Assembly (NCBI GenBank): GCA_965645245.1
Contig: OZ287083.1
Span: 1,116,001 to 1,180,000 of the forward strand
Source of the DNA: Massalongia carnosa
Taxonomy: Eukaryota
Length of the DNA stretch: 64,000 bases
Reading direction: 5' to 3'
Shown: piece by piece, positions 48,002 through 61,085 of the stretch
Layout: each line of letters begins with the position of its first letter
Numbering within the stretch: position 1 is the stretch's first letter
The notes under the pieces: generated by a model
Databases searched by the model: none
Seen by the model: only the letters and a program-made list of their open reading frames with translations
Told to the model about the DNA's origin: nothing
Program-made: the position numbers and the translations under genes

Positions 48002-48487
48002 TATGTAGATTGAGGAATGTGATTTGATAGTGCTGGTTGTGAGTAGTAATTCCGTAATGGATTCTATGGCTTCTGGATACTTTCATGTGTGAGATTAGGC
48101 TAACCTTTAGGCATGATAATGCTATTAGTCTAAAAAGCTCGACAAAAAGGCAGTGATAGAGTCGCAGTAGCTGGAAGGATTTGTGCGGAACATTGGTTAA
48201 CGGTTGAAATCTCAGCTTTGCAGCAAGAAGCCGAAGCTGCAAATAACCTCGTATTCGTATACGTGGAATACGGGGCTTCTAGAAGTAAGCCCCTTTTGGA
48301 GCATCGTCCAAAAATAATAACGGTTAGTTGTGGCTCAGTAGTGAACCCCGTGGAGCACTTCGGTTTTACGTACAGCATTGTCCTTGGGCGCCAGGAGTCG
48401 TTCACTAATGATCAAGAAACACGCCTCTACATTAAGACATTCCCAGTTGGCATCTTTGAATATTTGAATATTTAAGAAACTTTAGAA

Positions 48488-49452
48488 TCAATCCAAAACC
48501 CCTCCAGATTGCCCTCTCCTCCGTACCTCCTGTTCTCCCTCACTTGCCACGGCACTCCCTACTCCCCTGCCCTCTCCCTCCAATCTTCTCCGCAGACCGT
48601 CAAACCTTTCCCTCCTTTCCTTTCGCATGGCCCATGTAGGTACCCTCCACGCCGCCCATCTCATCGGCCCCAGCTCCCCCCTCCACGCAATCCCAATTCC
48701 CCATCCAACCATTGCCTCGATTAGCGAACCTGGCAGTGAAGAAAGAGCTAGTTGGCCCGCAAGAAGGTAATTAAGTGACTTGTCGCTCAGTACAATACCA
48801 TACTGCTCTGATGTTGAAGAAGAAGAAGAAGCTGGAGAGGTAACGAGACGATATCTGTAGAGCGTAGGGATGGCAGCATTGTATTGCGCCAGAAGCGCAA
48901 AAACAATGGGGGTAGGCCCAGCGGGCAGGGCGTTGAGAGATTTGTAGGAGAGAAGGCGGAGAAGGAGAGTGAGGAGCGCAGGGACTAGGAGAAGGGAGGG
49001 AAATAAGGTTGCGATGAGAAATGACTGTGATATGCGGTTGGTTAGCCGCAGGGTGATAATGGGATCACCAGAGAGGGTAATTACGGCGAATTTGCGGGAG
49101 CCCCAAAGTCGCTCAATGATGCGGAGATGATAGACGATCATTGCAGCCCAGAGAAGGGAGGTTGAGTTCGTGTAGCAAGTCTAGCTTTGTCAGAGCATCA
49201 ACGGTCAGCTTGGCTTCTCCATTGTCATGCTCTCCATCGGAGAACAAAGGCATATAAGCAAACAAGCTCAGCCGGGTGTCTGACCTGCCATATTAGCACT
49301 CTCCATAACTGCTTGTATCGCCATAGATGAGGGTCAATCAATATATCAAAAAAATATTTGGTATCCGTAATGCTCGCAAGTATGGAGGAGGCGATGATGC
49401 CAAAAAAGAGAAACCTCGAGACTGGGGCGGACGTAAAGCCAGAGGCCAGCAT
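48488..49452 (-). CDS. DSC2: DSC E3 ligase complex subunit Dsc2 (rhomboid pseudoprotease-like), 3 exons
   Basis: MLASGFTSAPVSRFL, PHLWRYKQLWR, YTNST..YHLRIIERLWGSRKF, LPAGPTPIVFALLAQY, LSDKS..YLLAGQLALS. Confidence 0.8.
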
Positions 49453-52400
49453 ACTAGATCGGCAAGATAACTACACCTTAGCAGATACGAGGGACTTTAA
49501 ATATCCGGAAACTACATAAATTAGCACACTAACCACCCGTGCCACCTTATCTACATTTCCCCACAATCCTATGTTTTTCTTTGGCGATCCGAAATCAAGT
49601 ATTACCCTACTCATCATCAAGAAACGTCGCCCACTATGAGGTTTCAGATCTTAGCGCACCAGTACACAGCTAGCTTTGATACTAGATGTTTACATATTCT
49701 CCGTGGTGTGGAAAGAACTGTACAGTCGAGCGTGCCCAATTCTCTCAAAGTAAAAATTTAGTAGCCTGTTGCAGAGAAGCTTTCTTCTATTCCAATCTTT
49801 GGAGAAGCTCGAGTATCCCGGTCTACAACGTCATCCTTTAACAAAATATTAGTCCGGGATTCTGGATTTCATGGTCCATAGCTAATGTTTTGGAAAATCA
49901 GGTATGAACGAAAAGAATGTCAATACTGAAACACCATATATGACAGAGAAAACCGGAGAAACCTACTTTAGTTCAAGTCCCGGAAGATGAATCTCCAACA
50001 GGGCCAATTAAGTTGGTTGCCGTGTTTATCACGGCCGCTCACCAATTCTTTCGGTGCTTCGTGCAGGCTTTCTCAATAGGATGTGCAGACTTCTAAGAGT
50101 TAGAATGATAATGTTTTTTTTAGAAGATTCCGCACAGGGAGATGTCCGATCAGTCATCTTGAACATCTGCAACAGAGTCAGGTCAGATATATCCAGAAAC
50201 GTGTTTGCTCAGAATTGACAACTTGCAAGGCATGCTCTGTACAGAGCATAAAGAAATAGCTCCAGAACATCAAATCGTCCTATCATCGAAATATTAGGCA
50301 ACTGTTTACCACCACTTAAACTTGTCAGGTGAACACAACCTGCAGCTCTTGAAATTATCGCATAGGTGCATGGCCTTCAACCTCCTCCTTGGGATAAGGA
50401 TCAGCTCTTATGGAATCTTATCAGCAAATGCGGCGCCTAGCAGCGTTGCCAAACCCAGGCAGGACTCACATATTTTCCGAACGATTAGGTCGATATTCAA
50501 TCCGCAGATGGGCCACTATTACTCATCTGCTTCTACTCTAGGAAGCTCCTTGGGCAAACGTATTCCCATCTCAGGCGAAGTCAGTCTCTAGATGATTTCG
50601 ACAGTAGTCAATAACCAGATCATGCCGATACATATAAGTGCTGTACAATTGGCAACTCTCTACTAAAAGATCACCTTCAGCGCGAACGGAAGCTGGAGGA
50701 GTAAAACCCCCATAAATAACTTTACTATGATATATGGAACCCTACATCTCTACGTCTTTTTGTACGGCCTTCCTATTCCCTGGAGCCTTGTTGCTCAATT
50801 CGCCGAGCACATGTACATAAGCACGATGATGGTCTTTACGTACACATACCGGTGTTATCACGCAAACCTCGACGGCAATGTCAGTGTGTCTTTTGCGCTG
50901 AATATACACCCGCCACTTGCGTAGACTCTCCACCCACGGGTAGTACTCCGCGCACCCTGCACGGTTTGAGGCGAGAAACCAAGATTGCCATGCAACAAAT
51001 TCTTAGTGTGAGCAATTGATATTTTCCGTGCCCTTTTTCGTTGGGTGCCAATATCCTGATGCACTGGAGTGGAGAGTATCAAGAAAACAATCAAAGACAT
51101 CTACAAATAATTTTGACCGGCGTTAGAAGTCTTGCATCGATCTAAGGTTTAAAAATTATAGGTGGAGGGTACTCGTACGAAGTAGAGAGCATGCGCCGAT
51201 GGACCAGGAGTGTCAAGTTGACTCCGTCTCCATAACGTACTTGTTGATTGAGCGGCAGATTGTCGAAACAAAGCTGGGAGGCTAGCAAGTTATCAGGTTC
51301 GGCTAAGGGAGATAAGATGAGAGGATCGATTAAGCCTGCTAATTATTCTTCACCGTCTTGTAGAGAATACTCCGTACTCTTTCATCCAGCGTATAGTCCA
51401 TGCTCTGTACTCCGTAGATGAGACCTTGCATCCCTAGTCAACCCCTTAAAAACGTGATGATTCCCCCACCAGCGATGACGGGACTAATGGACTAGGGTTC
51501 CAAAGTGCGAGGCGGATTCCGCTTAGTTATATTAATCATTAGAGGGCGGGTCAGCCTTACGCATAAATAGGTGTGCCCGCGATGCCTTGGTGACAAAAAG
51601 ATTTATACATCAAAAAAATAGCCTTGTTTCGCAGTCAACACGACATCGTGATATAAAATTATGATCATCTCAAAAAACTTCAAATGTAAAACGCCAACTG
51701 TGTAGTAGTAAAAGTGTGATTAAACTGAGACTTATTTAAAAAATAAAAATAAAAATAAAAAAAGGGACAGAAAAGGTAATTTGTGAATGTTCAAACTCGT
51801 AAGCGAGATTTGATGTGTGGTTTCTTGGCACGGTATCTTAAGGACCTAGAAAGAATAAGTAAGCCATGATCGTAATGGGCCGACCGGCATGATGAATAAG
51901 GTACTCGGTACTCTGTTACTCGGTATAGAATATACTTAGATTACGGAGTCCGAAGCCCGGAGTTAAGGTCAAGTAAGTTAGCACCGCGGGGACCAAAAAA
52001 AGAAGCGACACCAGTGTTATACCATCATTTCGACGCTCAGGAACAACCAGAGTGATCGGTTGAATGATATTAAAGTTATATCGAAAGGGAATCGTACTCC
52101 AAATAGCATACATGAACTATCGTACAGTTTCAAGTAGGCTGGTGGTGGTGTTGTTAAAAATCTCAGCAATAGATACGTGGGTTGGTATCGCAACTTTTCT
52201 TGGTCCCCGAATGGTTTGAGCACAGAGTACGCCGGAAAGAGCACGGATCCAGCGGATCCATCGGATCCATCGTGCATCCTGTCCCTTCCTCGACTCTAGC
52301 TGCGTAAGCCACGAGGGTCAGCATCGTCATGCGCACTTTGATCCATCCGTGGGGGATAGCATGAAGATATCATGTCCAACATCAAAACTGCCTTTTGGCG

Positions 52401-52968
52401 GATCAGGTCTCAGGTGATCACAGCGTTTCAGCAGGCTGTCGCACAAGAATAGATAGGTATTCGGCTCCGCCTCGCGCGAAGGATTCTTCAGCAACGAAAG
52501 CTAATGTACATCAGATAGTCAAGGCCAATGCCGTTCCCATTCTGGACCCTTGTTCGTTGGTATGTATTGGCAATTGGGCACAGCTGGGACAACTCATGGC
52601 ATAACTAGGGTGCAGAGTAGGTATCCAGTGTGTCTGTATGTACTCCGTGCGCCATAATCCGTACTTAGTAGTCGATAAGGTAGTGTGCGCATTATTTTGG
52701 CCAACATGATCCCCGAAAGCTAAAGAAGTAAATCTTGCGATTCGATACGAGTGGCTTTACTTTAACGATGTTGGAACCATGTTCGGCAGCTTTCGCTGAT
52801 CCCGCTTCCACTCACTCGGCTTATTCGGCTTTTGTCTTCTCCCCGCTCCCGCACGATGATGATAATGATAAATCCCTAAAGAATAGACCAATACCCTTCT
52901 GCTTGTGATCGAAGAAGATACTTCTCTGCCTCCAAATATCTCAATGTTTTCGTTACGCTGGGTCTGCA

Positions 52969-54744
52969 ATGTACTCCTGCCTCGGCATATTCGCTGATGC
53001 CGTGGTCACCGCAGCTCATCGTCATGAATTCTCGTGGCATTGTAACCAGAAGAATTATTGGCTAATGCCCCCTAAAGAAATACTCCCTTCCGTGACTCCA
53101 TCTCGATGGATAAACGATCGAACCCGACCAACACCCTCAAGAACATGCTCCGTCGCTTCCAATGGCCCCGCGAATAACCCCGAGTTTGTGGTGCTTGAAG
53201 ATCCTGCCTTATTGTTAGAGGAATATGACGGGAGCTCCAGAGCAAGTTCCTTCACAGGTTCTGCGCCCCTGGGCCAGAGAAGCAGGAAATCAAGTGCAGC
53301 AAGCAAGACGTCGTTCCAGCTTGCCCATCCACCACCAGCGATTAAGCATAGACAACGCTTCAACATCCGCCCCAAGGTACTTCTCCAACTGCAACAAATC
53401 TCGGATGCCAGCCGGCCGGTTCCGATCCTCGACGTCTTACCCTCAGTGGTCTTCGCACCAAAGCTTGCAAGAAAGTTTCCGAGCGTGTTCAAAGGTAAGG
53501 ACGGGCTGGGTGCAGATGATCTAGTTGTAGTCACCAGCCAAAACTATGATTCATCCGGTGCTTTAAACGACAAGTCAGAAATTATTTTGGAAGATGAAAG
53601 TTGGGCTTCGCGAGAGATCGTAGCAGCCATCTGTCAACCAAGAAAGCGAGGAGGGGCGGAAGGCGTAACGGAGATCTGTCTCAACCATGGGCCACTCTGG
53701 GAGGCATCATGTCTTCCCAGCGGTGCGTATGAATTCGCGTCGGTGGATGGGAATGGACAAAGGACGGTGGTACGATGGGTTCCCAAGCTGTCCGTGAACC
53801 GCCGTCGTTCCTATAACAGTCAATCCAATCAAGTCCCGGCCTCTACCGAGCAGCGGAAATTTACATTTAGCATAATCAACCCTAACTCCCGTCGTCATCC
53901 CATCATTGCTACTCTAAGTCGGTTTTCTATCGACGTCTCCGATCGGTACTCGACCCCGTCATCCGCCATACCAACATATGACCCAAGGCTGGGGCAGCAA
54001 CTCACGGTGCCGGACGGTCGTCATGCTCATTTCAACGAGAGCGAGCGTCCGGCGAAATCGATGGCCGAGACCGATGAGCGCCTAAGGAGCCTAATTGTGG
54101 TCACTGGTATCTGGGTGGCCTTTCAAGAGGGATACTCGCCCAATTATCAGTACGCAAAGCCAGCAGCATCTCCACCGATCAGCACACAACCCGCTACGCC
54201 TGCTAAGCGTCGAAATTTATCCATCAGCTTGGGGAGCCTTGGCAGCAGCCGTACAGTTACGGCTGAGAGCCCTCATCAGGCAAACGGCCTCCTGACGGCT
54301 CCTGGTGGTGACATGTCGCCGAGCTCTCTTAATCCTGCCTCTCCACCAATAACACCAATACGTTCACCGCCGCCCCCGCATCGGACTCGCTCAACAGGAA
54401 CGGCGTTCTTACAGCGAGCCAACAGCCGGCGACCCCACCCCTCAGGAGAATCTAGCCAGCCAAGCCCTGTCTTGGCTTCCAACGGGGGTGATTCAGAATT
54501 CGGTTCGTTTGGACGCCGAACGTCGCGAGCAATCTTCAAGAAAGAAAATTCGCCGCCCGAAAAGGAACCGCCCGCACGATTTCCTTTTGAATCCGTAGAT
54601 TCGGAAAGCTTGAATCGGATGGCGACGATCGATAGCGGGAAGCTTCCAGGCGTGACCGCCGTGCCTATTGCTCGGGCTACCAGGAAGCCCAGCCGGCTTA
54701 ACAAGCTATTTGGATTTCTCAGACGAACGAGCGGTGCAAAGTGA
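52969..54744 (+). CDS. Fungal hypothetical protein
   Basis: 591-aa ORF with SFQLAHPPP..RPKVLLQLQQ..RPVPILDVLPS and FTFSIINPNSRRHPIIA blocks that look like a conserved Pezizomycotina family; start uncertain. Confidence 0.75.
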   Translation: MYSCLGIFADAVVTAAHRHEFSWHCNQKNYWLMPPKEILPSVTPSRWINDRTRPTPSRTCSVASNGPANNPEFVVLEDPALLLEEYDGSSRASSFTGSAPLGQRSRKSSAASKTSFQLAHPPPAIKHRQRFNIRPKVLLQLQQISDASRPVPILDVLPSVVFAPKLARKFPSVFKGKDGLGADDLVVVTSQNYDSSGALNDKSEIILEDESWASREIVAAICQPRKRGGAEGVTEICLNHGPLWEASCLPSGAYEFASVDGNGQRTVVRWVPKLSVNRRRSYNSQSNQVPASTEQRKFTFSIINPNSRRHPIIATLSRFSIDVSDRYSTPSSAIPTYDPRLGQQLTVPDGRHAHFNESERPAKSMAETDERLRSLIVVTGIWVAFQEGYSPNYQYAKPAASPPISTQPATPAKRRNLSISLGSLGSSRTVTAESPHQANGLLTAPGGDMSPSSLNPASPPITPIRSPPPPHRTRSTGTAFLQRANSRRPHPSGESSQPSPVLASNGGDSEFGSFGRRTSRAIFKKENSPPEKEPPARFPFESVDSESLNRMATIDSGKLPGVTAVPIARATRKPSRLNKLFGFLRRTSGAK

Positions 54745-57291
54745 CGTTATCATGAGACCGATCAGCAGGCGCAATTATCCATTGGAAAGCATCGGGGGGG
54801 GAGCGCTGCACGTTTTGGAGCATTCTTGGCCTATCAATTTCTTTTCTAGCATAGCCGTGGATTGGGAAATCCTTTTACATATACCATCATATCACGATTG
54901 AACAGAATTATAGAAGCAGTCATGAAACTCTTTACATGATAGGGCATGTCGGTTTAAACCCCTGTCTCTGAAACTATTTTGGAAGTTGCTCATTTCTTTC
55001 GGAATCTCGCAAGTCGCATTAACAGATATCTACAGAGTAATTAAGGTGCGGGGTTAGGCATCCATGTGCCGATTTTTTTATGGGATGTGTGTTTGGGGGG
55101 GGGGTCTATCCCCAACGTGCTGCACCATCATCTACTCATGGGCCCATATAAATGCAGATAAATAGGTATATGTACCTCCCACCCATAAATACCCCGCATA
55201 GACGTAATTATGCTGCATAGATAATCAATGACATAATGAACCACCTGCCATCTATGCTTCCTATCACGGACTTTGGGGAAGAGGAATCTCCACCTCGAAG
55301 GGCGATTCACATTATGACGTCCGTAATCCTTAGGCGCGGACTTTAGGTACCAGACGGCCTTGTAAGTGCTCAATCTTAAGTGCTCGAATCGGGCTGCGGC
55401 GTGCTCGCTGGGGTGGGGGCGTTCAGAGGTGTCTTGATCGTCGATAACGCCACGGTTGGGGAGCGCATCGTGCCTCCGTGCGGGATTGAAGGAGTTCGCG
55501 ATTAGTTTTCTGAAGAGGATTTTAGACTCTTGGTTGAAAGCTGTGAATCATATTGGTGAGAATGGGCCACTGGGAGGTGATCCAGGGCGATTGTATGCAT
55601 CTAGGGAGGACGAAGCCTAACATAAACCGCTCGGTTGGTTATGGGCGTGGACGAAGTCATGGAGATTAAAATGGGATGACGCTTGTCAGGATAGGAAAAC
55701 CGGGACCGCAGGGTTCTCCCAGCTTCACCTTATATTCTAGAACTAGAAACCGTAATCGCCTGATGTGGCTATAATGGTTGCAATGGCTATGAGGGGTTAA
55801 CAACCAGTATTCAGAAAGAGGTGGAAGACGGAAGCCGAGGATGATGCATTGAGCCATATACGTCGAGAATTGTGCTGATAGGAGGCTGCCCCATCACTGA
55901 AATACCGAAAGAAAAGAAAAAACGATCGTTAATTCAGAGGGACTCGAAGCTATTAGTCTCATTGTTTCACTGTATCAGGAAGCGGAAGCTTCGACACTAT
56001 CTTTGAAAGCAGAGCAAACCTAATGTCGAGGCTTCGACGCTCGACTTACTGGAGGATATCTTCAAGCTTCTCTCAAGATGGTAACGAGATGCACGATCGA
56101 AGATACGCTGAGGTCTACCCATCTACTCCTCCCGTCTTGATGCTCCGCATATCCTCATACGCTATCGAGGAAACCTGTATTTATTGCAGTTGAGTACGAG
56201 TATTAATGACGATTTTGCAGCGTCATTCTTTGCGAGAATGTCTCCTTTGACGTAATTAGATAATATTCCAAACTTTTTCTTGCTTGATCTCAGGATTATG
56301 TCTTAGAGGAAAGACTGAACATTACACTTGCTTCTCACGGAACACTTCATTTTGACAATACCATGAAGTACGAGTTGCAAAATGAAATAGCCCCATTCCT
56401 GCGTTCATCAGTTAGACGACCATTAACCCAATACCTTTCCACAAACTGTCGTAATATGTCGGTTTCGCCATCCCCTTTAGCTTGAGGTGATCGTTATAGA
56501 CCAGGATGACGGAAGTTGCCATAACTTTTCTTGTTCAAAAGAGACGTAACCAATAGTTGCACATTCAATATATCCCACAATCCTGATCGTTAAGGAGAAA
56601 TCTGTAAGCCGTAAAAAGCTTAGTAATTCAACTGGAATCTCAAAGATTTCGATCAAGGTGTTGTAGATGAAGCCACGGGCTAATCTTAGTATAGACATCT
56701 CGAGTGCGTTCAGCGTAGAGAGGCCAACATGCCCTTGTGACCCGTTGTTTACTTCATCAGTCAGTAAATAATTGCAATGAAGTCGTTGCGGAATCCGGAT
56801 AATAGCGGGTTTTACGTTAACCTAGAAAGGCTAGATCAAACGCGACCAAAATATTCGTACCTTAGCGTCATCTTCTATCACTCACTCTGTACTCCGTACT
56901 ATAAGATCAACCTACCTCATCATCCTCCTTCACATTCTCGTTTACTTCATAGAGTTCTGAAGAGTACCCTTCAGCCTTCAGCCTCAGTATTAACATTATT
57001 TTCGAACCCTAACCCTAACCCAAATCAAATCAATTGAATAAAACTGAATCCGTCAACTCATTTCTTGCCAGGATCAAAACAGAGCGAAACCATACAACCC
57101 ATTCGAGATTGTTTTAAAGCGCACAGCAAGTTTGATTAAACCAGTCAACAGGCTGTTCGCACGACTTTGGTGATCAATAACTGAAGCACTTTTTATTAGG
57201 TGGATCTCTCGGCAATGTGTTTCTAAAGCAACAACTACCGTATGGGGAGCACCTTCTTGGAGGGTTGGATCTCTAGCAATCAAAAGACACT

Positions 57292-60200
57292 ATGTCACAA
57301 AACTTTAATCATTACAACGTGCCGCCGCCTAGCTCACATGGTCTTCATGGCACTACTAATCAGAATTTTGAAAGTCTGAGTGGGTCACTCATCCTTCCTG
57401 GACCTCAAACACCAATCCAACAAAACTACAACCAAACCTGGCCGGCAACATCGCACTGGGGAGGTCAAAGACAGGAAAACTATAGTTACAACATGCCATA
57501 TCAAACACAAGGAATGAAAGTAGGAAAATATGTTCCACCCCATCAACAAGAATTCCTCTCTTTTAACGAAGTGGAAGAAAGTTATCAAAATGAAAAAGGG
57601 GATACACCTCTGGGGGTAGGTCCGAATATGCAAGCTATCAAGCAAAATAGTAGTACCCTGGGGATCAATCCAGACCAAGATCATCTACAGGCACGCTTAA
57701 ATGATCTCATAAAGCACCAATCCCAGATAAGCGCGGTATCAAAAACTGACGAGAAGGAGCAAGTCCCTACCGTTCCTACCAACGGAACAAATCCAAAACC
57801 AGATGCGGGCGCTCTAAATGATAGGGCAGCTGAATTGAGAGCTAGACTTCTTGCGAAGCGTGGATCTACGCCCGGGACGCCATCCCATCAGATCAGTAAA
57901 TCAAGCGACCCCATGAAGGTCAAGGTTGACGACACAAAATCCTTGCAAAAGAGATTTAATAGCAGCATCTCAACAGATATTCCAATGGGGAAGACCTCCG
58001 AGAGTACCAACGCACATACTTCAATGGGAACAAAGATCACTACCAAGTCTCCGGTTCATCCTCGCTCACCATCTGCCGGAAAGCCTAGTGCTAAAACCGA
58101 TATTGATGGTCTCTTTGCTGAGGCACGAGCTGCTATAGCTACAGGAGCAACAAAGGCAGGAGATAAGAGCCAAGTCATGGACGCTGCAGGGAAGGATTCC
58201 AAGGGAACTGGACATGAACCCTCGACCGTAGTGACCACGTTGGAGAAGACACAACCCGGCTCTAGATTAGAAAATCATCGACGGGGTTCCAATACGAGCA
58301 TTTCTTCGTCTGAAACATCGGAGCTGGGAGAAATTCGCAGTGACTCGGGAAAAACCTTGCGTACTGCCATTCCCCCTGAAACTATAACAAGGCAAACAGG
58401 CAAAGAGAATATCCGCCGAGATGACCAGAAGTTGAAACATCACACAGACGTCCAAAGTGGTCAGGAAAAGCAATCATCAAAAGCAGTTGATGGAACCACC
58501 CAACCCAAAGGAAATGTAATAACAAAGCAGTCCAAACCTCTCAGCGCTGCTAAACCCTCAGCATCAAGCTCGAGTCTTTCTCACGCGCGCGATCCCCCTC
58601 AAAACGCTAATCTCGATCACCGTCGGGATCGATACGATCGGTATGACCGATATGACCGTCCCCTGTTGTTTCAAGAATCGCCAAGAGAACACGAGCAAGA
58701 CCGCCGGCGAGACTTAGACATAAAAGAGAGGAATGTCGATTTGCGTCGTACTTCAGATTTTCGACCACACGGTCATGACGCTGAACGTGGCAGAGCTGAA
58801 CTTCCAATAGACGTTGACGCTCATCGATCCCAGAAAACCCGATACGATGTGAACGAAAATGCTCGAGCTGCAGCAGAGTATAAAAAAGAATTGGAAGAAC
58901 GTCGACGCCAAACTCCTCGAACAGCGTTCGATAGAGTAGAGTCTACCAAAGATTACGGCAAGAAAGATGTAGAGACTGCAAGGCCCCGAACACCTAACGG
59001 GAGAGCAACAGGTATTCGGCAGCATGCTGCTGACAGTCGCAGAAGTAAAGAACATAGTAAAGTTAGGCTGGAAGGGAATGGAATTGATTCTTCCTCGGGG
59101 AACTCTCCCGATCAGCATATTACAGAGGATGTCGAAGATGTTCGTGACTGGCTTGAAATGACTGGGTTCTCTGATATCAAATACCGCAAAACGGCTCTCA
59201 CCCGGTTTCGAAAAATCAAAGCTCTTGATCAGCAGAGGGCAGAGCTTGAACGGGAAGCACAATTGGAGCTTGAGGGCCGGTCATTTATCCGCGCACAGTC
59301 CACCTTACCACGCGAAAGCGTAGAAGTCAATGTTTCTAACACCATTGTTTCACCCAAGGTCATCCGTACCTCCATTCAATCTATGCTACCGCCGCCTCTT
59401 CCAACCCGAGACTTTGTTGATGATGTTGGAATTAAAATTAAGGATTCTGCGAATCGTGAAGGGTTAGCAAACCATCGTTCCGCCAATGACGACTTAAGGG
59501 TTTCTAAACAGATACGCGAACAACAAAAGACCGTCACGAGTTTAAAGAGATCATATATCGATGATGATCCGAACTCGAGGAGTGGGCGACCTGTGGAGAA
59601 ACTGGCACGTATTGATACGAACGGACGTGCGAATGAGAGTAAGGCCGATCTGAGCCCCAGCGTCTCTCGAGCCCAATGGCCTTCGGATGGCCGGATTAAT
59701 AGGAGTGAGGGGGTGTACGAAAGAAACCGGAGCAGGTCTCCGGAGTCTCAGTATAGAAGTATTAGCCTTTCACGTGGACGTACATCCAACTATGACAAAT
59801 ACGTGCCTCGTCAGCGTTCTCGAGGGTCACCAGCGCGGAGAAAGGGGTATTCTCCTGATCGCCAACTAGACTTTAGCCATTCTACGTCAGTTGAGAAGGC
59901 ACAAAGACTCGACAATCCGCGGTGCTCTAAGTACGACCAACCGGGGTATCTGCCCAAGGATTGCACGAGTTTCAAAATTAGACGCGACAACGATTATAAT
60001 GACTCATCTCTATACGATTCTCAGACGTTACAGCATGACGGTAAAAAAGGTGATATCAAGAATGAGCACGACCACGACAGCCAGTACTCTAGTGACCATC
60101 AGAACTCTGCATTACGCCCCTACACAAGGCAGTACCAGCAATACATACCCAATCACTATCGAGGTCGTGGGCGTGGTGGCAGGGGAGGTTATCCGTACGC

Positions 60201-61085
60201 TAACAACCGTGGTGGTTACAAACCATACAGAAAAAACGAAGTTATGCAGGATACGCAGTTGCCCGGTGGTAGCGTGTCGTTGAATCTTGCAGAAGGTGGT
60301 TAGTCTCTCCGATGAAGCCGGAAACCCCCACGGTCATCCTTTCTGACATAGAGTTATGCAATGTTTTAGACTCACGATATTTCATGATCAAAAGCTGGAA
60401 TTCGGAAAACGTGGAGATTGCTCAACGGGACGTGAGTGTCTAAATACTTTTTCCTTTGTACTCCCAAAATTATTCATCATTGCCCCTCCATCTCTCTTCT
60501 TTAATCATACAAACCTATATCGTCTGACGTCCAATGATTTTGTCTCCCTTGCAAAGTGCACCTGGGCAACTCAAGAAAAAAATCTTGCTATCCTCACTGA
60601 AGCCTACAACACTTGCCGCAACGTTATCTTGATCTTCTCTATCAACAACAGTAGAGCATTCCAAGGCTATGTGAGTTTCCTTCATTCTCCTTCGCCGTCC
60701 ATTCCCTACTTTGTTTCCGCATTCCATTTTTCTCTGATATCCCCAGGCCCGCATGTCTTCCCTTCCAGGCGCCGCCCCGACCCCGACGTGGGCCAAACAT
60801 CTTATCTGGGAAGCCACCCCGCCCTTCCACATCCGCTGGGTTACGATTGCCGAGACTCGTTTCAACCGTGTGGGACACCTAAAGAACACGTTAAACGAGG
60901 GGCAAGCCGTACTTGTTGGGCGGGACGGGCAAGAGATTGAGGGAGATTGTGGGCGCTTGCTGTGCGAGATGATTGATGAGGAGGGAAGGTTGTCGGGGGG
61001 ATGGTATGGTAACGGTGGCGAGAGGGATGAGTGGGCAGGGAGGGGCGCAGAAGCGGAAGTTGAAGCAGAGAGGAAGCTAGATTGA
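57292..61085 (+). CDS. Large low-complexity RNA-binding protein with C-terminal YTH domain, 4 exons
   Basis: Splicing 60299-60369, 60432-60556 and 60671-60746 yields DSRYFMIKSWNSENVEIAQRD-CTWATQEKN..VILIFSINNSRAFQGY-ARMSS..FHIRW..HLKNTLNEGQAVLVGRDGQEIE (YTH signature); RS and RGG motifs upstream. Confidence 0.9.

Noticed and set aside
49700..51100. Possible minus-strand pseudogene
   Set aside because: Coding-like fragments with many stops and no recognisable motif; cannot be supported.
57005..57021. Telomere-like (CCCTAA)n
   Set aside because: Fewer than three units in a promoter region; no evidence of a chromosome end.
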